Of a DNA stretch of 64,000 bases, positions 53,130 to 64,000 are shown piece after piece. The first letter of the stretch is position 1, and each line of letters begins with the position of its first letter. Source of the DNA: Eledone cirrhosa (taxonomy: Eukaryota); assembly GCA_964016885.1 (NCBI GenBank), contig OZ024746.1, positions 51,894,001 through 51,958,000 on the forward strand. Direction: 5' to 3'. The notes under the pieces were generated by a model. That model saw only the letters and a program-made list of their open reading frames with translations, had not been told where the DNA came from and searched no databases. Both the position numbers and the translations under genes were made by a program.

Positions 53130-56100
53130 TATGGAATTCTATGTATTGTGTATGTTATACTGAGTATGGAGTAGTGTATAGTATAGAATAGTGTATATAG
53201 GTGTGTGTTGTATGTTATGGAATTCTAAGTATTGGGTATGTTATACTGTGTATAGAGTAGTGTATGGTATAGAATGGTGTATATAGATGTGTGTTGCATG
53301 GTATCGAATTCTATGTATTGGGTATGTTATACTTTTTATGGAGTAGAGTATGGTATAGAATGGTGTATATAGGTGTGTCTTGTATGGTAAGGAATTCTAT
53401 GTATTGGGTATGTTATACTTTGAATAGAGTAGTGTATGGTATAGAATGGTGTATATAGATGTGTGTTGTATGGTATGGAATTTTATGTATTGTGTATGTT
53501 ATACTTAATATGGAGTAGTGTATGGTATAGCATGCTGTATATATGTGTGTGTTGTATGGTATGGAATTCTATGTATTGGGTATGTTATACTTAGTATGGA
53601 GTAGTGTATGGTATAGAATGGTGTATATAGGTGTGTGTTGTATGGTATGGAATTCTATGTATTGGGTATGTTATACTGAGTATGGAGTAGTGTATGGTAT
53701 TGTATGGTGTATATAGGTGTGTGTTGTATGGTATGGAATTCTATGTATTGGTATGTTATATTTTGCATGGTGTAGTGTATGGTATAGAATGGTGTATATA
53801 GGTATGTGTTGTATGGTATGGAATTCTATGTATTGTTATGTTATACTGAGTATGGAGTAGTGTATGGTATAGAATGTTGTATATAGGTGTGTGTTGTATG
53901 GTATGGAATTCTATGTATTGGGTATGTTTTACTTAGTATGGAGTAGGGTATGGCGTAGAATGGTGTATATAGGTGTGTGTTGTACGGTATCGAATACTAT
54001 GTATTGGGTATGTTATAGTTAGTATGGAGTAGTGTATGGCATAGAATGGTGAATATAGGTATCTGTTGTATGGTATGGAATTCTATGTATTGGGTATGTT
54101 ATACTTTCTATGGAGTAGTGTATGGTATAGAATGGTGTATATAGGTGTGTGTTGTATGGTATGGAATTCTATGTATTAGGTATGTTATACTGAGTATGGA
54201 GTAGTGTATGGTATAGAATGGTGTATATAGGTGTGTGTTGTATGGTATGGAATTCTATGAATTGGGTATGTTATATTTAGTATGGAGTAGTGTATGGTAT
54301 AGAATGGTGTATATAGGTGTGTGTTGTATGTTATGGAATTCTATGTATTAGTATGTTATAATGAGTATGGAGTAGTGTATGGTATAGAATGGTGTATATA
54401 GGTGTGTGTTGTATGGTATGGAATTCTATGAATTGGGTATGTTATATTTAGTATAGAGTAGTGTATGGTATCGACTGGTGTATATAGGTGTGTGTTGTAT
54501 GGTATGGAATTCTATGTATTGGTTATGTTATATTTAGTATGGAGTAGTGTATGGCATAGAATGGTGTATATAGGTGTGTGTTGTATGGTATGGAATGCTA
54601 TGTATTGGGTATGTTATACTTTGTATTGAGTAGTGTATGGTATAGAATGGTGTATATAGGTGTGTGTTGTATGGTATGGAATTCTATGTATTGGATATGT
54701 TTTACTTAGTATGGAGTAGTGTATGGCATAGAATGGTGTATATAGGTGTGTGTTGTACGGTATGGAATTCTATGTATTGGGTATGTTATACTTAGTATGG
54801 AGTAGTGTATGGCATAGAATGGTGTATATAGGTGTGTGTTGTATGGTATGGAATTCTATGTATTGGGTATGTTATACTTTGTATGGAGTAGTGTATGGTA
54901 TAGAATGGTGTATATGGGTGTGTGTTGTATGGTATGGAATTCTATGTATTAGGTATGTTATACTGAATATGGAGTAGTGTATGGTATAGAATGGTGTATA
55001 TAGGCGTGTGTTGTATGGTATGGAATTCTATGAATTGGGTATGTTATATTTAGTATGGAGTAGTGTATGGTATAGAATGGTGTATATACGTGTGTGTTGT
55101 ATGTTATGGAATTCTATGTATTAGTATGTTATACTGAGTATGGAGTAGTGTATGGTATAGAATGGTGTATATAGGTGTGTGTTGTATGGTATGGAATTCT
55201 AAGTATTGGGTATGTTATACTGTGTATGGAGTAGTGTATGGTATAGAATGGTGTATATAGATGTGTGTTGCATGGTATCGAATTCTATATATTGGTTATG
55301 TTATACTTTGTATGGAGTAGTGTATGGTATAGAATGGTGTATATAGGTGTGTCTTGTAGGGTTAAGAATTCTATGTATTGGGTATGTTATACTTTGAATA
55401 GAGTAGTGTATGGTATAGAATGGTGTATATAGATGTGTGTTGTATGTTATGGAATTTTATGTATTGGGTATGTTATACTTAATATGGAGTAGTGTATGGT
55501 ATAGAATGCTCTATATATGTGTGTGTTGTATGGTATGGAATTATATGTATTGTGTATGTTATACTTAGTACGGAGTAGTGTATGGTATAGAATGGTGTAT
55601 ATAGCTGTGTGTTGTATGGTATGGAATTCTATGTATTGGGTATGTTATACTGAGTATGGAGTAGTGTATGGTATAGAATGGTGTATATAGGTGTGTGTTG
55701 TATGGTATGGAATTCTATGTATTGTTATGTTATACTGAGTATGGAGTAGTGTATGGTATAGAATGGTGTGTATAGGTGTGTGTTGTATGGTATGGAATTC
55801 TATGTATTGGGTATGTTATACTGAGTATAGAGTAGTGTATGGTATAGAATGGTGTATATAGGTGTGTGTTGTATGGTATGGAATTCTATGTATAGGGTAT
55901 GTTATACTTTGTATGGAGTATTGTATGGTATAGAATGGTGTATATAGGTGTGTCTTGTATGGTTAAGAATTGTATGTATTGGGTATGTTATACTTAGTAT
56001 GGTGTAGTGTATGGCATAGACTGGTGTATATAGGTGTGTGTTGTATGGTATGGTATTCTATGTATTGGGTATGTTATACTTTGTATGGAGTAGTGTATGG

Positions 56101-59100
56101 TATAGAATGGTGTATATAGGTGTGTGTTGTATGGTATGGAATTCTATGTATTGGTTATGTTATACTTAGTATGGAGTAGTGTATGACATAGAATGGTGTA
56201 TATAGGTGTGTGTTGTATGGTATGGAATTCTATGTATTGGGTATGTTATACTGTGTATGGAGTAGTGTATGGTATAGAATGGTGTATATAGGTGTGTCTT
56301 GTATGGTAAGGAATTCTATGTATTGGGTATAAGATACTTTGAATAGAGTAGTGTATGGTATAGAATGGTGTATATAGGTGTGTGTTGTATGGTATGGAAT
56401 TCTATGTATTGGGTATGTTATACTGAATATGGAGTAGTATATGGTATAGAATGGTGTATATAGGTGTGTGTTGTATGGTATGGAATTCTATGTATTGGGT
56501 ATGTTATATTTTGTATCGTGTAGTGTATGGTATAGAATGGTGTATATAGGTGTGTGTTGTATGGTATGGAATTCTATGTATTGGGTATGTTATACTGAGT
56601 ATGGAGTAGTGAATGGTATAGAATGGTGTATATAGGTGTGTGTTGTATGGTATGGAAATCTATGTATTGGGTATGTTATATTTTGTATGGTGTATTGTAT
56701 GGTATAGAATGGTGTATATAGGTGTGTGTTGTATGGTATGGAATTCTATGTATTGTTATGTTATACTGAGTATCGAGTAGTGTATGGTATAGAATAGTGT
56801 ATATAGGTGTGTGTTGTATGGTATGGAATTCTATGTATTGGGTATGTTTTACTTAGTATGGAGTAGTGTATGGCATATAATGGTGTATATAGGTGTGTGT
56901 TGTATGGTATGGAATTCTATGTATTGGGTATGTTATACTGAGTATGGAGTAGTGTATAGTATAGAATAGTGTATATAGGTGTGTGTTGTATGTTATGGAA
57001 TTCTAAGTATTGGGTATGTTATACTGTGTATAGAGTAGTTTATGGTATAGAATGGTGTATATAGATGTGTGTTGCATGGTATCGAATTCTATGTATTGGG
57101 TATGTTATACTTTTTATGGAGTGGAGTATGGTATAGAATGGTGTATATAGGTGTGTCTTGTATGGTAAGGAATTCTATGTATTGGGTATGTTATACTTTG
57201 AATTGAGTAGTGTATGGTATATAATGGTGTATATAGATGTGTGTTGTATGGTATGGAATTTTATGTATTGTGTATGTTATACTTAATATGGAGTAGTGTA
57301 TGGTATAGCATGCTGTATATATGTGTGTGTTGTATGGTATGGAATTATATGTATTGGGTATGTTATACTTAGTATGGAGTAGTGTATGGTATAGAATGGT
57401 GTATATAGGTGTGTGTTGTATGGTATGGAATTCTATGTATTGGGTATGTTATACTGAGTATGGAGTAGTGTATGGTATAGTATGGTGTATATAGGTGTGT
57501 GTTGTATGGTATGGAATTCTATGTATTGGTATGTTATATTTTGCATGGTGTAGTGTATGGTATAGAATGGTGTATATAGGTATGTGTTGTATGGTATGGA
57601 ATTCTATGTATTGTTATGTTATACTGAGTATGGAGTAGTGTATGGTATAGAATGTTGTATATAGGTGTGTGTTGTATGGTATGGAATTCTATGTATTGGG
57701 TATGTTTTACTTAGTATGGAGTATGGTATGGCGTAGAATGGTGTATATAGGTGTGTGTTGTACGGTATCGAATTCTATGTATTGGGTATGTTATAGTTAG
57801 TATGGAGTAGTGTATGGCATAGAATGGTGAATATAGGTATCTGTTGTATGGTATGGAATTCTATGTATTGGGTATGTTATACTTTCTATGGAGTAGTGTA
57901 TGGTATAGAATGGTGTATATAGGTGTGTGTTGTATGGTATGGAATTCTATGTATTAGGTATGTTATGCTGAGTATGGAGTAGTGTATGGTATAGAATGGT
58001 GTATATAGGTGTGTGTTGTATGGTATGGAATTCTATGAATTGGGTATGTTATATTTAGTATGGAGTAGTGTATAGTATAGAATGGTGTATATAGGTGTGT
58101 GTTGTATGTTATGGAATTCTATGTATTAGTATGTTAAAATGAGTATGGAGTAGTGTATGGTATAGAATGGTGTATATAGGTGTGTGTTGTATGGTATGGA
58201 ATTCTATGAATTGGGTATGTTATATTTAGTATAGAGTAGTGTATGGTATAGACTGGTGTATATAGGTGTGTGTTGTATGGTATGGAATTCTATGTATTGG
58301 TTATGTTATATTTAGTATGGAGTAGTGTATGGCATAGAATGGTGTATATAGGTGTGTGTTGTATGGTATGGAATGCTATGTATTGGGTATGTTATACTTT
58401 GTATTGAGTAGTGTATGGTATAGAATGGTGTATATAGGTGTGTGTTGTATGGTATGGAATTCTATGTATTGGGTATGTTATACTTTGTATGGAGTAGTGT
58501 ATGGTATAGAATGGTGTGTATGGGTGTGTGTTGTATGGTATGGAATTCTATGTATTAGGTATGTTATACTGAATATGGAGTAGTGTATGGTATAGAATGG
58601 TGTATATAGGTGTGTGTTGTATGGTATGGAATTCTATGAATTGGGTATGTTATATTTAGTATGGAGTAGTGTATGGTATAGAATGGTGTATATAGATGTG
58701 TGTTGTATGGTATGGAATTCTATGTATTGGGTATGTTATACTGAGTATGGAGTAGTGTATGGTATAGAATGGTGTATATAGATGTGTGTTGTATGGTATG
58801 GAATTCTATGTATTGTGTATGTTATACTGAGTATGGAGTAGTGTATAGTATAGAATAGTGTATATAGGTGTGTGTTGTATGTTATGGAATTCTAAGTATT
58901 GGGTATGTTATACTGTGTATAGAGTAGTGTATGGTATAGAATGGTGTATATAGATGTGTGTTGCATGGTATCGAATTCTATGTATTGGGTATGTTATACT
59001 TTTTATGGAGTAGAGTATGGTATAGAATGGTGTATATAGGTGTGTCTTGTATGGTAAGGAATTCTATGTATTGGGTATGTTATACTTTGAATAGAGTAGT

Positions 59101-62100
59101 GTATGGTATAGAATGGTGTATATAGATGTGTGTTGTATGGTATGGAATTTTATGTATTGTGTATGTTATACTTAATATGGAGTAGTGTATGGTATAGCAT
59201 GCTGTATATATGTGTGTGTTGTATGGTATGGAATTCTATGTATTGGGTATGTTATACTTAGTATGGAGTAGTGTATGGTATAGAATGGTGTATATAGGTG
59301 TGTGTTGTATGGTATGGAATTCTATGTATTGGGTATGTTATACTGAGTATGGAGTAGTGTATGGTATAGTATGGTGTATATAGGTGTGTGTTGTATGGTA
59401 TGGAATTCTATGTATTGGTATGTTATATTTTGCATGGTGTAGTGTATGGTATAGAATGGTGTATATAGGTATGTGTTGTATGGTATGGAATTCTATGTAT
59501 TGTTATGTTATACTGAGTATGGAGTAGTGTATGGTATAGAATGTTGTATATAGGTGTGTGTTGTATGGTATGGAATTCTATGTATTGGGTATGTTTTACT
59601 TAGTATGGAGTAGGGTATGGCGTAGAATGGTGTATATAGGTGTGTGTTGTACGGTATCGAATACTATGTATTGGGTATGTTATAGTTAGTATGGAGTAGT
59701 GTATGGCATAGAATGGTGAATATAGGTATCTGTTGTATGGTATGGAATTCTATGTATTGGGTATGTTATACTTTCTATGGAGTAGTGTATGGTATAGAAT
59801 GGTGTATATAGGTGTGTGTTGTATGGTATGGAATTCTATGTATTAGGTATGTTATACTGAGTATGGAGTAGTGTATGGTATAGAATGGTGTATATAGGTG
59901 TGTGTTGTATGGTATGGAATTCTATGAATTGGGTATGTTATATTTAGTATGGAGTAGTGTATGGTATAGAATGGTGTATATAGGTGTGTGTTGTATGTTA
60001 TGGAATTCTATGTATTAGTATGTTATAATGAGTATGGAGTAGTGTATGGTATAGAATGGTGTATATAGGTGTGTGTTGTATGGTATGGAATTCTATGAAT
60101 TGGGTATGTTATATTTAGTATAGAGTAGTGTATGGTATCGACTGGTGTATATAGGTGTGTGTTGTATGGTATGGAATTCTATGTATTGGTTATGTTATAT
60201 TTAGTATGGAGTAGTGTATGGCATAGAATGGTGTATATAGGTGTGTGTTGTATGGTATGGAATGCTATGTATTGGGTATGTTATACTTTGTATTGAGTAG
60301 TGTATGGTATAGAATGGTGTATATAGGTGTGTGTTGTATGGTATGGAATTCTATGTATTGGATATGTTTTACTTAGTATGGAGTAGTGTATGGCATAGAA
60401 TGGTGTATATAGGTGTGTGTTGTACGGTATGGAATTCTATGTATTGGGTATGTTATACTTAGTATGGAGTAGTGTATGGCATAGAATGGTGTATATAGGT
60501 GTGTGTTGTATGGTATGGAATTCTATGTATTGGGTATGTTATACTTTGTATGGAGTAGTGTATGGTATAGAATGGTGTATATGGGTGTGTGTTGTATGGT
60601 ATGGAATTCTATGTATTAGGTATGTTATACTGAATATGGAGTAGTGTATGGTATAGAATGGTGTATATAGGCGTGTGTTGTATGGTATGGAATTCTATGA
60701 ATTGGGTATGTTATATTTAGTATGGAGTAGTGTATGGTATAGAATGGTGTATATACGTGTGTGTTGTATGTTATGGAATTCTATGTATTAGTATGTTATA
60801 CTGAGTATGGAGTAGTGTATGGTATAGAATGGTGTATATAGGTGTGTGTTGTATGGTATGGAATTCTAAGTATTGGGTATGTTATACTGTGTATGGAGTA
60901 GTGTATGGTATAGAATGGTGTATATAGATGTGTGTTGCATGGTATCGAATTCTATATATTGGTTATGTTATACTTTGTATGGAGTAGTGTATGGTATAGA
61001 ATGGTGTATATAGGTGTGTCTTGTAGGGTTAAGAATTCTATGTATTGGGTATGTTATACTTTGAATAGAGTAGTGTATGGTATAGAATGGTGTATATAGA
61101 TGTGTGTTGTATGTTATGGAATTTTATGTATTGGGTATGTTATACTTAATATGGAGTAGTGTATGGTATAGAATGCTCTATATATGTGTGTGTTGTATGG
61201 TATGGAATTATATGTATTGTGTATGTTATACTTAGTACGGAGTAGTGTATGGTATAGAATGGTGTATATAGCTGTGTGTTGTATGGTATGGAATTCTATG
61301 TATTGGGTATGTTATACTGAGTATGGAGTAGTGTATGGTATAGAATGGTGTATATAGGTGTGTGTTGTATGGTATGGAATTCTATGTATTGTTATGTTAT
61401 ACTGAGTATGGAGTAGTGTATGGTATAGAATGGTGTGTATAGGTGTGTGTTGTATGGTATGGAATTCTATGTATTGGGTATGTTATACTGAGTATAGAGT
61501 AGTGTATGGTATAGAATGGTGTATATAGGTGTGTGTTGTATGGTATGGAATTCTATGTATAGGGTATGTTATACTTTGTATGGAGTATTGTATGGTATAG
61601 AATGGTGTATATAGGTGTGTCTTGTATGGTTAAGAATTGTATGTATTGGGTATGTTATACTTAGTATGGTGTAGTGTATGGCATAGACTGGTGTATATAG
61701 GTGTGTGTTGTATGGTATGGTATTCTATGTATTGGGTATGTTATACTTTGTATGGAGTAGTGTATGGTATAGAATGGTGTAAATAGGTGTGTGTTGTATG
61801 GTATGGAATTCTATGTATTGGTTATGTTATACTTAGTATGGAGTAGTGTATGACATAGAATGGTGTATATAGGTGTGTGTTGTATGGTATGGAATTCTAT
61901 GTATTGGGTATGTTATACTGTGTATGGAGTAGTGTATGGTATAGAATGGTGTATATAGGTGTGTCTTGTATGGTAAGGAATTCTATGTATTGGGTATAAG
62001 ATACTTTGAATAGAGTAGTGTATGGTATAGAATGGTGTATATAGGTGTGTGTTGTATGGTATGGAATTCTATGTATTGGGTATGTTATACTGAATATGGA

Positions 62101-64000
62101 GTAGTATATGGTATAGAATGGTGTATATAGGTGTGTGTTGTATGGTATGGAATTCTATGTATTGGGTATGTTATATTTTGTATCGTGTAGTGTATGGTAT
62201 AGAATGGTGTATATAGGTGTGTGTTGTATGGTATGGAATTCTATGTATTGGGTATGTTATACTGAGTATGGAGTAGTGAATGGTATAGAATGGTGTATAT
62301 AGGTGTGTGTTGTATGGTATGGAAATCTATGTATTGGGTATGTTATATTTTGTATGGTGTAGTGTATGGTATAGAATGGTGTATATAGGTGTGTGTTGTA
62401 TGGTATGGAATTCTATGTATTGTTATGTTATACTGAGTATCGAGTAGTGTATGGTATAGAATAGTGTATATAGGTGTGTGTTGTATGGTATGGAATTCTA
62501 TGTATTGGGTATGTTTTACTTAGTATGGAGTAGTGTATGGCATATAATGGTGTATATAGGTGTGTGTTGTATGGTATGGAATTCTATGTATTGGGTATGT
62601 TATACTGAGTATGGAGTAGTGTATAGTATAGAATAGTGTATATAGGTGTGTGTTGTATGTTATGGAATTCTAAGTATTGGGTATGTTATACTGTGTATAG
62701 AGTAGTTTATGGTATAGAATGGTGTATATAGATGTGTGTTGCATGGTATCGAATTCTATGTATTGGGTATGTTATACTTTTTATGGAGTGGAGTATGGTA
62801 TAGAATGGTGTATATAGGTGTGTCTTGTATGGTAAGGAATTCTATGTATTGGGTATGTTATACTTTGAATAGAGTAGTGTATGGTATATAATGGTGTATA
62901 TAGATGTGTGTTGTATGGTATGGAATTTTATGTATTGTGTATGTTATACTTAATATGGAGTAGTGTATGGTATAGCATGCTGTATATATGTGTGTGTTGT
63001 ATGGTATGGAATTATATGTATTGGGTATGTTATACTTAGTATGGAGTAGTGTATGGTATAGAATGGTGTATATAGGTGTGTGTTGTATGGTATGGAATTC
63101 TATGTATTGGGTATGTTATACTGAGTATGGAGTAGTGTATGGTATAGTATGGTGTATATAGGTGTGTGTTGTATGGTATGGAATTCTATGTATTGGTATG
63201 TTATATTTTGCATGGTGTAGTGTATGGTATAGAATGGTGTATATAGGTATGTGTTGTATGGTATGGAATTCTATGTATTGTTATGTTATACTGAGTATGG
63301 AGTAGTGTATGGTATAGAATGTTGTATATAGGTGTGTGTTGTATGGTATGGAATTCTATGTATTGGGTATGTTTTACTTAGTATGGAGTATGGTATGGCG
63401 TAGAATGGTGTATATAGGTGTGTGTTGTACGGTATCGAATTCTATGTATTGGGTATGTTATAGTTAGTATGGAGTAGTGTATGGCATAGAATGGTGAATA
63501 TAGGTATCTGTTGTATGGTATGGAATTCTATGTATTGGGTATGTTATACTTTCTATGGAGTAGTGTATGGTATAGAATGGTGTATATAGGTGTGTGTTGT
63601 ATGGTATGGAATTCTATGTATTAGGTATGTTATGCTGAGTATGGAGTAGTGTATGGTATAGAATGGTGTATATAGGTGTGTGTTGTATGGTATGGAATTC
63701 TATGAATTGGGTATGTTATATTTAGTATGGAGTAGTGTATAGTATAGAATGGTGTATATAGGTGTGTGTTGTATGTTATGGAATTCTATGTATTAGTATG
63801 TTAAAATGAGTATGGAGTAGTGTATGGTATAGAATGGTGTATATAGGTGTGTGTTGTATGGTATGGAATTCTATGAATTGGGTATGTTATATTTAGTATA
63901 GAGTAGTGTATGGTGTAGACTGGTGTATATAGGTGTGTGTTGTATGGTATGGAATTCTATGTATTGGTTATGTTATATTTAGTATGGAGTAGTGTATGGC
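53130..64000 (+). repeat. Recent near-perfect tandem duplication, period 5667 bp (66 monomers); second copy truncated by the window end
   Basis: Private markers recur at exactly +5667: TCGACTGG 54471/60138, GCATGC 53530/59197 and 57308/62975, plus GAGTAGGGTA, CGAATACTAT, TATATACGTG and GTTAAAATG. ORFs 54750 and 60417 are identical. Confidence 0.93.

Larger units (their letters stand above)
1..64000 (+). repeat. Tandem satellite DNA array, 86-bp GT-rich monomer, ~740-745 head-to-tail copies, running off both window ends
   Basis: GAATTC recurs at 86-bp intervals (e.g. 229 to 315), with occasional 85-bp variants (144 to 229). The same consensus in the same orientation is visible in every line from 1 to 64000, and monomers usually differ from consensus at only a few positions. 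Confidence 0.99.

Noticed and set aside
29-60644. About 30 short + strand ORFs (64-88 aa, rich in V/Y/G/W/C/M)
   Set aside because: They are translations of the satellite. Because 86 is not a multiple of 3 the frame rotates each monomer, and an ORF lengthens only when a variant (e.g. TATAGG to TATGGG) or 1-bp deletion removes a TAG. There is no unique coding sequence or gene context.
1-64000. CRISPR array or diversity-generating cassette array
   Set aside because: There are no unique spacers. The variable site is only ~4 nt with a few recurring states inherited in duplicated blocks, and no cas, reverse transcriptase or recombinase gene is present.
1-64000. Bisulfite conversion or fungal RIP as the cause of C depletion
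   Set aside because: Non-CpG cytosines are consistently retained at fixed positions (GAATTC, ATACT), unlike bisulfite conversion. RIP acts on both strands and would deplete G too, but G is abundant.
1-64000. Identification as human HSat2/3, alpha satellite or a canonical telomere repeat
   Set aside because: There is only one GGAAT and one AGAAT per 86 bp, no CENP-B box (which needs CpGs), and no TTAGGG/TTAGG/TTTAGGG runs. TTAGG occurs only as an isolated variant.
1-64000. Array-wide canonical G-quadruplex
   Set aside because: There is only one GGG per 86-bp monomer and the other runs are GG, so the G3+N1-7 x4 pattern is not met.
1-64000. Hidden unique insertion, transposon or inversion within the array
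   Set aside because: Reading through, I found no non-satellite segment and no C/A-rich (inverted) stretch. A very short insertion could have been missed by eye.

Overview
The whole 64-kb window is one uninterrupted head-to-tail tandem satellite array of about 740-745 copies of an 86-bp monomer. The consensus, phased at the EcoRI site, is GAATTCTATGTATTGGGTATGTTATACTGAGTATGGAGTAGTGTATGGTATAGAATGGTGTATATAGGTGTGTGTTGTATGGTATG. I found no genes, RNA genes, transposon insertions, inversions or CRISPR spacers, and every ORF in the track is a translation of the repeat. The monomer is strongly strand-asymmetric (28 G, 2 C, 21 A, 35 T; no CpG) and appears to be built from degenerate GGTAT/GGAAT-like pentamers with an internal ~34-38 bp duplication. 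Linked diagnostic variants show a nested hierarchy: 5 bp, ~35 bp, the 86-bp monomer, an ancestral ~12-mer higher-order repeat (1031 bp), recent block duplications (773, 1547, 1718, 3437, 5667, 8076 bp), and ~10-11 kb and ~20-21 kb super-repeats. The left and right halves differ in which blocks have been amplified. The array is most likely eukaryotic heterochromatin (centromeric, pericentromeric or subtelomeric), but I cannot identify the organism or satellite family. I see no protein-coding system here; the interest lies in the repeat architecture. All offsets were read by eye from rare markers, so block boundaries are approximate to about one monomer.
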